Source of the DNA: a virus
Taxonomy: Duplodnaviria; Caudoviricetes
DNA length: 54,856 nt
Direction: 5' to 3' (one strand)
IMG/VR virus record: IMGVR_UViG_3300042565_002302
Coordinates: 1 to 54,856 of that record
Shown: one piece after another, positions 7,401-14,982 of the stretch
Numbering within the stretch: the stretch's first letter is position 1
Layout: the number at the start of each line of letters is the position of its first letter
The notes under the pieces: generated by a model
What the model was told of the DNA's origin: nothing
The model's input: the letters and a program-made list of their open reading frames with translations, nothing else
The model's database searches: none
Made by a program: the position numbers and the translations under genes

Positions 7401-9458
7401 ATATTTTTCCCATATACCATCTCTATCACCATTCTTATATGAACCCTTAGACCATAATTTTCCATTATCGTGATAATACTCCCAATAACCTTCTTTTTCT
7501 CCATTCTTATATGAACCCTTATACTCTAATTTTCCATTATCATAATACCATTCCCATATACCTTCTTTCTTACCAGTATTAATATTATATTGATTAATTC
7601 TTAATCCATCTACGATGGGTTGATCCTTATTCCAATCAGACCATCTAGAATCTTCTCCACTTAATTTACGAGGAATAAAGAGTTTTTTCTTTTCAGATTC
7701 ATCTAATGTTTCAATGGTATATTCTTTATCGGTTGTTTCAAGTCCCAATTCATATATCTTATCCATTAAACCGCTTCTTCTCATAGTTTTAAAAACAAGA
7801 TTTTCAGTTGCCATCTCACCACCTTTATCCAAACCAGCTTTTCTATATTTCTTTATCTTATCTTTTATCATATCCAAAGCTTTTCTGGTTTCTTCATACT
7901 TACCATCTTTATATAATTCAACAATTCTATTATATTCACTTTCAAATTGTTTTACCTTCTTTTTAATGGTTTCCCTATCAATCTTAACGTCCTGTGGTTT
8001 TGGTTTTTTAATCCATTCATCATTCATTACAGAATATATACCAGTGCTTTCATGTGGTTCATCTTTATCCTGAGCATATAATTCAACATCATAACCTTTG
8101 ATTTTAATATCGTGATTGTCATTCCACACAGCTTTCTTAGCGTCAAAATATTTCTTGATTAATTCCTTATCATCAAACTTATTGAAGTCTATAAGAACAT
8201 GTAAATCCACGTCTGAATATTGACTCCAATTATAATTAGCTAAAGAACCTGTGAATATAATATCCTCAATAGGTGCTTCAACTTCCAATGTTTTATGAAA
8301 CTCCTGACCGATAGCAACTAATGTGTCTTTTATCTTCTTTTTTAATTTATCATCTTCATCCCACACTTTAGGGTTTAATTCCTTTTGTGGTTCAAATGAT
8401 TTTAATATCTCATCCTTGTTTTCTATTTGTTCATTTATATTCATATCAATAGGGATTAATTTTTTTCCAACATATTCAAATATCTGTTTAATTTTCACAT
8501 CCTTACCATTTATTATATTCACCTCTTTTTCGTGAGGATTTCCTTTTATATCAACACCCTCAATAGTAATACTATTTGGTTCTACATAACCCTCAATAAC
8601 AATTACCTTCTGTTTGTTTTTACCATAATATTGTTGGTTAATTTCAGCAACATCAATTACATTATTACGTGACGTTGTCCAATGATTACCCATATCTTTT
8701 AGATTAACCTCAGATAAATTATCTATAAATAAAACCCTATAAATATTACCACCATTTTCAATTAAATCCTCCACTTCCGATTCATACAACTCTAATTCCC
8801 AATTAGCCGTATTATCTGAACCATAATAATTGATCCAAGATTTTAATATCTCATCCTTGTTTTCCATTTGTTCTTTTATTATCATATTATCATAATCATC
8901 TTTCCAATCCATACTTTCCCTTACACTACCATCCTTATCATAAACGATATATGCGATTTTCTTAGCCATTTTATATATATCTTTACGTCTAATATCACCA
9001 TATTCAAAATATTCAATAGATAACCCATCGGGCTTACCATCAATATAATTTACAATTTTTTCCAATTGATTATTAAATGAGTAATACCATTTCCATATAC
9101 CATATTTTTTACCATCATCAAAACTACCAATTTCCCCTAAACTACCATTCATGTAATACATTTTCCATAAACCAGTAAACTCATTATTTTTTGTCTGACC
9201 ATCAAATTGGATTTTACCGTTTAAATAGAATGTTTGGTGTATCCCTTCGTACTCACCATCTTTATACCCTATTTTATACAATATTCTACCATTATTATCA
9301 TACATAATCCATAAACCATCTTTTCTACCGGTATTTACGTTATATTGATTAATACGTTCCCCATCAACTATCGGTTGTTCTTTATTCCATTGAGCCCATC
9401 TATTATCCTCACCAGATATATTACGAGGAATAAATAATTTCTTTTTTGCATCACCCAT
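4452..9458 (-). CDS. 1668-aa modular polyprotein: MORN-like module, ART-like domain, Pol-beta nucleotidyltransferase, four further MORN-like modules, C-terminal hydrophobic domain
   Basis: Repeated KKKLFIPR headers; 24-aa repeats; TGSLANYNWSQYSDVDLH NTase signature; IYR...HWTTS...EKEV ART-like motifs. Confidence 0.88.
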   Translation of the reverse strand: MGDAKKKLFIPRNISGEDNRWAQWNKEQPIVDGERINQYNVNTGRKDGLWIMYDNNGRILYKIGYKDGEYEGIHQTFYLNGKIQFDGQTKNNEFTGLWKMYYMNGSLGEIGSFDDGKKYGIWKWYYSFNNQLEKIVNYIDGKPDGLSIEYFEYGDIRRKDIYKMAKKIAYIVYDKDGSVRESMDWKDDYDNMIIKEQMENKDEILKSWINYYGSDNTANWELELYESEVEDLIENGGNIYRVLFIDNLSEVNLKDMGNHWTTSRNNVIDVAEINQQYYGKNKQKVIVIEGYVEPNSITIEGVDIKGNPHEKEVNIINGKDVKIKQIFEYVGKKLIPIDMNINEQIENKDEILKSFEPQKELNPKVWDEDDKLKKKIKDTLVAIGQEFHKTLEVEAPIEDIIFTGSLANYNWSQYSDVDLHVLIDFNKFDDKELIKKYFDAKKAVWNDNHDIKIKGYDVELYAQDKDEPHESTGIYSVMNDEWIKKPKPQDVKIDRETIKKKVKQFESEYNRIVELYKDGKYEETRKALDMIKDKIKKYRKAGLDKGGEMATENLVFKTMRRSGLMDKIYELGLETTDKEYTIETLDESEKKKLFIPRKLSGEDSRWSDWNKDQPIVDGLRINQYNINTGKKEGIWEWYYDNGKLEYKGSYKNGEKEGYWEYYHDNGKLWSKGSYKNGDRDGIWEKYYDNGKLWSKGSYKNGEKEGYWEEYYDNGQLDYKGSYKNGLRDGYWEEYHYNGKLAYKGSFNNGEKEGYWEEYWSNGQLMYKGSYKNGGLIKRLDESEKKKLFIPRKISGEDSRWADWNKDQPIKDGIRINQYDINTGNKEGIWEWYFDNGQLDYKGSYNNGEKEGIWEEYYDNGQLYYKGSFKNGEKDGYWEYYHYNGQLDFKGSYKNGKEEGYWEEYWSNGKLRYKGSYKNGDRDGIWEWYYSNGQLDYKGSFNNGEKDGIWEEYWSNGQLRYKGSYKNGGLIKRLDESEKKKLFIPRKLSGEDSRWAQWNKEQPIVDGLRINQYDINTGKKDGYWEEYYSDGKLEYKGSYKNGEKEGYWEYYYTDGKLWFKGSFNNGEKEGYWEEYHYNGKLWSKGSYKNGEKEGYWEEYWSNGQLMYKGSYKNGLKDGICKWYYYDNGQLAYKCSYKNGELIKRFYDKIFESEQPKKKLFIPRKLSGEDSRWANWNKDQPIVDGERINQYDINTGKEEGYWEGYHSNGKLEYKGSYKNGKEEGIWEAYHFNGKLWSKGSYKNGKEEGYWERYYFNGQLDYKGSYKNGEKDGIWERYYYTDGKLRSKGSYKNGEKEGYWEEYHYNGQLDYKGSFNNGKKEGYWERYYFNGQLDYKGSFNNGLRDGYWEKYFDNGKLWFKGSFNNGERDGIWEWYFDNGQLMYKGLYKNGELVKRIPLTESERSKNKLFTPKRIDERKKEWNEMQPTIDGKKINQYDLTTGDMTGRWGEGDMDGGDTTNLFNIYWDVFSDDYYLEDGKLSEKENVFNDLKNRILSNLSWDIGEDAPLGHMYFDLTIPLRSKKVRDKFEELYKQSEYTGLNESKISDNVDDILKKFKKNIGLDVGFLTSFGSGINALIRNISSLIKEYAVQPLNAFEITNLAIAMIVVYFRQNKSLKGFKNEMLSIVAFTSLMPGYSDIINSLLGNVDFMDAFMTILKSAGVYAMLTHFKNK
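5271..7700 (-). repeat. nested tandem repeats: 72-bp MORN units (6+6+5+8) within four header-delimited modules, two of them exactly 582 bp
   Basis: atgaaccctt recurs about every 72 bp; ESE junction codons begin (minus strand) at 7700, 7118, 6536, 6011, 5270. Confidence 0.95.
8398..8873. repeat. 35-bp direct repeat (8398-8432 and 8839-8873, 1 mismatch) flanking the ART-like domain
   Basis: gattttaatatctcatccttgttttc(t/c)atttgttc, encoding EQ(I/M)ENKDEILKS. Confidence 0.9.
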
Positions 9459-9464
9459 ATAATG

Positions 9465-9472
9465 TATAAATA
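9465..9472 (-). promoter_or_regulatory. putative late promoter TATTTATA upstream of the polyprotein gene
   Basis: Same octamer lies just upstream of many structural or leader-bearing genes. Confidence 0.55.
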
Positions 9473-9520
9473 TATTAAAAATGTATTTATTTTATAGTTT
9501 AAGTTGAATATATTTCCACT

Positions 9521-10348
9521 ATGAGCACAATTAGTTATTTCGGAAGTAAAAGTAAGATAGGTTCTTTCATTGAACCATTTTATCCAAAAAATATTAAAAC
9601 ATACGTAGAGCCATTTTCAGGGACTTTCCAATGTTATTTTCATATGGACTTAGAAAAGTATCCAAACTTAGAAAAAGTCGTTTATAATGACTTAAATAAG
9701 TATATTGTTAACCTATTTAAATGTAATAAACAATATAAAGAATTTTATGAATACGTTAAAGATATACCATCACAAGATCCAGAATTATTTAAACAATACC
9801 ACACAAAGTTATTCGGAGGTAATCACTATGATACTTTTGAAATGGGGGATTTTGATACTGCTACTGCTTATTCTTATGTGATGTGCCAAATTTTCTCAGG
9901 AACTAACCCTGAAAAAGCTAAGTTTGTAGATCTTAAAGGAAAATATACTTGTAAGTTCGATTCATTCAAGAATAAATTAATAAAGCAAAAAATGAATTCA
10001 CATATTGATAGAATTACCGATATTGAAATGATGGACTTCGCTGAACTTATTAAAAAATATGATACACCTGAAACATTATTTTATTTAGATCCACCATATA
10101 AAGGTAGAGAGTTTCAATACTTTAAAGGTGATGGTAATTTCGGTGATTTAGGTCATCAAAGAGTGGCTGATGTCCTTAAAGATATCAAAGGAAAATTTGT
10201 TTTATCTTATTACCATTTTGATGAATTAGATAAATGGTTTCCAAGAGATATTTATAAATGGGAATTTAAGGAATTTAATAAACCATCAGGCGCCTCAAAA
10301 GGTAAAACACAATCAAAGGCGCAAGAACTTTTAATTATGAACTACTAG
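9521..10348 (+). CDS. D12-class (Dam-like) N6-adenine DNA methyltransferase
   Basis: YFGSKSK, YVEPFSG, VYNDL, FYLDPPY, QELLIMNY motifs. Confidence 0.9.
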   Translation: MSTISYFGSKSKIGSFIEPFYPKNIKTYVEPFSGTFQCYFHMDLEKYPNLEKVVYNDLNKYIVNLFKCNKQYKEFYEYVKDIPSQDPELFKQYHTKLFGGNHYDTFEMGDFDTATAYSYVMCQIFSGTNPEKAKFVDLKGKYTCKFDSFKNKLIKQKMNSHIDRITDIEMMDFAELIKKYDTPETLFYLDPPYKGREFQYFKGDGNFGDLGHQRVADVLKDIKGKFVLSYYHFDELDKWFPRDIYKWEFKEFNKPSGASKGKTQSKAQELLIMNY

Positions 10349-10349
10349 T

Positions 10350-10598
10350 ATGAAAAAAAAAGAATACAACTTTATTAAAATTGAAAGACCTAAGTTTGAG
10401 GAAAAACCATCTCAAATAATGTTAGATATTAAATCAATTGAATCTGAAATTGAGTTGGAGGAAAAGAGAATAGTTAATTCTAAACAAGAATTAATTAAGG
10501 AGTTAAAAAAAATAAAAAAAAATCAAATCCCTGTTATCCCAAATAAAATAACATTGTGGATGAAAATAAAGTTTTTATTTACCGGTAAATGGCATTAA
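10350..10598 (+). CDS. hypothetical protein
   Basis: ORF tightly coupled to neighbours. Confidence 0.6.
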   Translation: MKKKEYNFIKIERPKFEEKPSQIMLDIKSIESEIELEEKRIVNSKQELIKELKKIKKNQIPVIPNKITLWMKIKFLFTGKWH

Positions 10599-11395
10599 AA
10601 AAACTTACAAAACAACAGCGTTATTATAGAAAAAATAAAGCTAAATACAGAAAGTGGAGAAGAAAACGAGTTAAACGTCTAGTCGAAAGCGGTGAAATGG
10701 CTAAGATTAATAAACTCAAAAAAAAAATACGCAATAAGAAAAAAGAAAACAAAAAAAGAAATAAAAGAAAAATAGAAAGAAAGAAAAACGCAATCTATTT
10801 TATAGCCACAATTAGGGGTAATAAACCATTTAAAATTTTTAATAGGTATGTCGATTATTCTTGGGCATCTAAAAAATGGGATACCATTTTAGAAGAACAA
10901 AAAAACTTATTTTATCCAGGTCTTAAATACCCCTTAATGTTTCTTTATAAAGTAGAACCAGGTGAAGAAAATACAATTACGCAAAGAAATAGTATAGGTA
11001 AAATTATTGAAACCAAAATACCTGGTTATAAAATCATATTTCAAGATATATTTTACAATGAAATTAAGATATATTTTAAAAACAAATCTGTTAGAGTTCC
11101 TGCTTATTTCCTTATTCAACTATTAGATATGAATAGTAATATTAAACAAGTATTTCTTATTAAAAATAAAATATGTATTGAGGATGAAGGTAAATACTTT
11201 TTATTCGTCTGCAATGATAAAAATGAAGCATCTTCTATTAAAAATAGATTAAGAGAAAAATATATGGAAACAGGTAAAACTAATGTTCTTTTCTTTAACG
11301 ATGTAAATACAATATCAATGAAAGAAGAAATCTACGATAATATAGTTAAACAAGGTATATGCGATTTAAAATATTTAAATAGGAGTGACAATTAA
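10589..11395 (+). CDS. hypothetical protein with highly basic N-terminus
   Basis: 268-aa ORF, K/R-rich first 70 aa. Confidence 0.65.
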   Translation: MALKKLTKQQRYYRKNKAKYRKWRRKRVKRLVESGEMAKINKLKKKIRNKKKENKKRNKRKIERKKNAIYFIATIRGNKPFKIFNRYVDYSWASKKWDTILEEQKNLFYPGLKYPLMFLYKVEPGEENTITQRNSIGKIIETKIPGYKIIFQDIFYNEIKIYFKNKSVRVPAYFLIQLLDMNSNIKQVFLIKNKICIEDEGKYFLFVCNDKNEASSIKNRLREKYMETGKTNVLFFNDVNTISMKEEIYDNIVKQGICDLKYLNRSDN

Positions 11396-13179
11396 TTATC
11401 ATCAAAAAGTTTGTAATTATACAATAAACTATAAAATTCATCAATATTGTTTAAAATGTATTTACTAAAACCATTTTTACTTTTTAATGTAACAGATATC
11501 GTTAAATCATCCATATCAATAGTATTTACCCTAAAATAAAAATCTTTGTTTCTTGGTAATTCGTACCATCGTTCAAGTTGATAATTTTTATTTATTTCAT
11601 TAAATATTTCTATATACTTGTTGAAGTTTTCATTTTCTTCGATATCATCTTTAATCTTTTCCAAGTTCCAATTCACTTCACGTTGAAACCTTTCTTCATC
11701 AAAAGCATCCCAATCAATCATTTCATATGAATTGTCCATCCAACCACCAATATTATCATCTTCAGTTATAGTCTTTAATAATGAATTAATTGTATTTTTT
11801 TTGGGTTGGTATTCGTCAAATAACTTAATTAGATTATTAACAGTTGTTTTATACATATAATAACAACTTTCACCTGATTTTTCAATACCATATTTTTCAA
11901 AATAATTACATAATTCTTCTTCAATAGTCTGTTTAGCACCTTCCTCAGCAGCTCTATTCATCTCTGTTTGGTAATCACTAATTATATTACTAATCCACCT
12001 ATCAAACATATCAGCTAAAGTTTTAGAAACAATAGTTCTTACCTCATCGTCACTAAAATCAGCATTAACATACTGAGGTAAAATGAATTTAAGTATTTCC
12101 CTTAATAATTTAATATTTTCATCATTAAATCTATCTACTATATAACCTTCATCCCATTCCGAATCAATATCCATAGGATAAAAATCATAATCATTATAAT
12201 AACGACTATCAATAATACTTAATAAGTAGTCATCACCATCAGATAAATCAAATAATTTTTTATAGTTATCTAACCCATCAAAATCAAACTTTATTACGGA
12301 TTTACCCCTATCTTTTTCATTCATAATAAATTTTGTAATATTATCAGAACCAATAATTTGATTTGAGTTTTCTTTACCATTGATAAAAGCCTTTAATAGA
12401 CTAACAATAGGTAATTGTTCGGTTAGTTCATTTATTAGGTTAGTTAACTCCGGAAATTCGTCATATAAAAAACCAATTCCTTTTTCAATATCAGCTGAAT
12501 TATATACGTATTTTTTTAGTTTACCACCATCTTTTTCCATATATAAAGCAGCCTTATCCCTAGGATAACGCTTATCAATAAAATAATATAAAATACCGTT
12601 ACTTGAATATTTTATAAAATTAGTTTCGCTTTCAGTTGATGATGTACACCATTTAGTTTCTTTACCGTAATAACAAGAAGCATCATATGTTAAAGGTCTA
12701 ACAACTAAAAAATTACTATCTTCAAATACTTTATCCACACCTTTTTTAGCTATTCTTTCTTTTTCAAACCTTGTTTTATTTTCTTCTAATATTTGTAACA
12801 TAGCGAGAAGATAAAAAGGTATCACATAAGCATTAATATCTTTTGGGTTTTTTGTTATTTTGTCAATATCAATAATATTTTGACCTTCAAATTTAACACC
12901 AGTTTCAATGAGTCTATTTACAAATTGATTTACAATATCATCATTAATTCTTTTATAATTTTTTTCAAAAGGAATGACAATTCTATTTATCATCTCTTCA
13001 ATCTTATCATAATCCTTAAACTTTAAAGAAGAGTCTAAATACTTACCAATCCACTCAGAATATTTACCTTGTGATGTTGGATCAACAGTAAACATCCTAT
13101 CAATGAATTCACCATCGGTAGGATATTTATTTTTTACTTTTTCAATTATTTCCTTTTTACCCTCTAATAAAACATTCAT
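11392..13179 (-). CDS. PcfJ-like domain protein with acidic C-terminal region
   Basis: DPTSQGKYSEW, PKDINAY, ASCYYGKETKWCTS, LYYFIDK. Confidence 0.6.
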   Translation of the reverse strand: MNVLLEGKKEIIEKVKNKYPTDGEFIDRMFTVDPTSQGKYSEWIGKYLDSSLKFKDYDKIEEMINRIVIPFEKNYKRINDDIVNQFVNRLIETGVKFEGQNIIDIDKITKNPKDINAYVIPFYLLAMLQILEENKTRFEKERIAKKGVDKVFEDSNFLVVRPLTYDASCYYGKETKWCTSSTESETNFIKYSSNGILYYFIDKRYPRDKAALYMEKDGGKLKKYVYNSADIEKGIGFLYDEFPELTNLINELTEQLPIVSLLKAFINGKENSNQIIGSDNITKFIMNEKDRGKSVIKFDFDGLDNYKKLFDLSDGDDYLLSIIDSRYYNDYDFYPMDIDSEWDEGYIVDRFNDENIKLLREILKFILPQYVNADFSDDEVRTIVSKTLADMFDRWISNIISDYQTEMNRAAEEGAKQTIEEELCNYFEKYGIEKSGESCYYMYKTTVNNLIKLFDEYQPKKNTINSLLKTITEDDNIGGWMDNSYEMIDWDAFDEERFQREVNWNLEKIKDDIEENENFNKYIEIFNEINKNYQLERWYELPRNKDFYFRVNTIDMDDLTISVTLKSKNGFSKYILNNIDEFYSLLYNYKLFDDN

Positions 13180-13365
13180 TTAATTTAATCTTTTACTTTC
13201 TTTATAAGCGGCTTTTTTAATTTCTTCTCTTCTCTTAACACATTCTTTGGTAAATGCTTGTTTTTCTCTAAGTTCTTTAACAACACCTGTTTTATCAAAC
13301 TTCCATTTAAACTTTTTTAAGGCTCTATCTAACCCACCTTCTTTTTTTATATCCACTATTATCAT
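13180..13365 (-). CDS. rpsU: phage-encoded ribosomal protein bS21
   Basis: LDRALKKFKWKFDKTGVVKELREKQAFTK..VKRREE, Bacteroidota-like bS21. Confidence 0.9.
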   Translation of the reverse strand: MIIVDIKKEGGLDRALKKFKWKFDKTGVVKELREKQAFTKECVKRREEIKKAAYKESKRLN

Positions 13366-13366
13366 A

Positions 13367-13741
13367 TTATTTCATCAATAAAGCACCTATAATTATTCCA
13401 GGTAATATTCCATAACCAAAATATAACGCCTTTCTCATTACACCCATAGTTTTATAGTCATTTATTATACCTTTATAGTTTTCTTCATTTTCTTTAAACT
13501 TACCAATAACAATACTATCACTAGCCATTATTATACTATCCTTTGTAATAACATCTTTATAATCCATTATTACTGAATCCTGTTGTTTAATAATTTCTGT
13601 CTTAGTCGAATCTTGATACTTTAATTGTTTAATATTATGAGCAATATTAATTAACTCAACTCTGGTAAAACAAGTATCTATTTTTTGTGAAAAAACATTT
13701 ATCGTAATAAATGTAAATAATAATACTAATAATTTTCTCAT
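13367..13741 (-). CDS. secreted coiled-coil protein with C-terminal hydrophobic segment (spanin-like candidate)
   Basis: Signal peptide ...VFS|Q; C-terminal ALYFGYGILPGIIIGALL; overlaps 13738 ORF by 4 nt. Confidence 0.5.
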   Translation of the reverse strand: MRKLLVLLFTFITINVFSQKIDTCFTRVELINIAHNIKQLKYQDSTKTEIIKQQDSVIMDYKDVITKDSIIMASDSIVIGKFKENEENYKGIINDYKTMGVMRKALYFGYGILPGIIIGALLMK

Positions 13742-14052
13742 TTAGCAAAATCGTGTAAGAAGTTTATTGCGTTATGAATGTTTGTATCTTTCGGTAATGG
13801 CTTTTTCAAACTCTCTTTTTGTTGATTAATTACAGTTGTTCTTTTATCAATATTGTTTATAACTTGAGCTCTTTGATGCTTAATTGAATCAACAACCATT
13901 AATATTGAATCAATTTGGTTTGAATTGGATTCAATCTTATCTAATTTATCTTGAATGGATTTTGTTTTATCATCCATAATGTAATTCATAACTATGAAAA
14001 TACCTATTAATATAATAATAAATTTAATTATTTCCGTTACTATTTCTTTCAT
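13738..14052 (-). CDS. membrane-anchored coiled-coil protein (i-spanin-like candidate)
   Basis: N-terminal TM FIIILIGIFIVM followed by heptads. Confidence 0.5.
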   Translation of the reverse strand: MKEIVTEIIKFIIILIGIFIVMNYIMDDKTKSIQDKLDKIESNSNQIDSILMVVDSIKHQRAQVINNIDKRTTVINQQKESLKKPLPKDTNIHNAINFLHDFAK

Positions 14053-14055
14053 ATC

Positions 14056-14439
14056 TTACCCTTTAGCTATTTTATCAATTGAAGCGATTAAATACTTTTG
14101 CATTAAATCAATTGATTTATATTTTAGTTCAATTATTTCATTCGTATTATCAACAGCCTTTTTTAATTTTTCAGCTTTATCATCAGTAATTATAAAAGCA
14201 TCAACCCTATACGTATTAGTTTTATATTTTTTTAATTCAGTAGTATTAACAACTTTTTCAAATTTTGATATATATTTCGAATCCCTAGATAAAATCCATA
14301 GACCCAATCCTTGTGATTCTAATTTCTGAAAATAAATATTATTAATACTATTAATATCTTTACCATAATCACGCTCTTCATCATGTATAATTATCATTTC
14401 TCGCGATTCTCTTAATACTTGTTTAATTAATTCTTTCAT
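14056..14439 (-). CDS. hypothetical protein with MKELIKQVLRES leader
   Basis: 127-aa coupled ORF. Confidence 0.6.
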   Translation of the reverse strand: MKELIKQVLRESREMIIIHDEERDYGKDINSINNIYFQKLESQGLGLWILSRDSKYISKFEKVVNTTELKKYKTNTYRVDAFIITDDKAEKLKKAVDNTNEIIELKYKSIDLMQKYLIASIDKIAKG

Positions 14440-14966
14440 ATTCTACGTTCCTCCTTTTTACCGGTTTTTTTTCTTCTTTCAATTCTTCTATCCGATAATA
14501 TTCCACCCCAAGTTGAAACCCATTCTTTATAGTTTTGTTTTAGTTTTGTAATTAATTCAACGGTTTCATCTGTTAATTGTAACATATTTGCTGATATATA
14601 ACAACCACTTTGATCATCCAATGAATATACCCACTCAATGTTTTCTTGAGTTAATTCCCCAACCCACTCAATGTTACCTGAAGATATATTTAATATCTTA
14701 AACTCAACTAAGTCAGTAACGTTATTAATAAACCCCTCCATTGAAGTTTTAAAAGCTTCTTTTTCATTATCCGCAAACTCTAATTCAGTAGCGTCTATAC
14801 CTGAAACTTGAACCATAGCCCCATCAATCAAAAACTTTCTAAATTGTTCTTCAGGTTTTTTTAATACTTCTTCATCCTTTTTAAATGTAATTTCTTCTCT
14901 CTCACCTTGCTCTACTAATCTTATCCTTTTAAGAATTGATTTAGTAATATCGTGTTTTGTTTTCAT
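14436..14966 (-). CDS. hypothetical acidic protein (putative head-associated)
   Basis: Start likely ATG 14966, downstream of TATTTATG; ILKRIRLVEQ leader. Confidence 0.6.
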   Translation of the reverse strand: MKTKHDITKSILKRIRLVEQGEREEITFKKDEEVLKKPEEQFRKFLIDGAMVQVSGIDATELEFADNEKEAFKTSMEGFINNVTDLVEFKILNISSGNIEWVGELTQENIEWVYSLDDQSGCYISANMLQLTDETVELITKLKQNYKEWVSTWGGILSDRRIERRKKTGKKEERRI

Positions 14967-14982
14967 ATACATAAATAGATTA

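Noticed and set aside
1-7700. Diversity-generating retroelement acting on the MORN repeats
   Set aside because: No reverse transcriptase or non-coding template repeat in the window. Synonymous adenines in the scaffold (TCA, GGA) stay invariant and identical variant blocks recur, which fits recombination rather than A-to-N mutagenesis. A remote DGR cannot be fully excluded.
5271-7700. CRISPR array (regular ~72-bp periodicity)
   Set aside because: Repeats are in-frame coding units with no unique spacers, and no cas genes are present.
7701-8432. CBASS operon
   Set aside because: The NTase is a domain in a phage polyprotein with no adjacent Cap effector or Cap2/3 genes; cyclase activity is not supported by sequence alone.
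5239-8535. Short alternative-frame and antisense ORFs (5239, 6146, 7310, 7714, 8323)
   Set aside because: Shadows of the repetitive 1668-aa gene with no independent signals.
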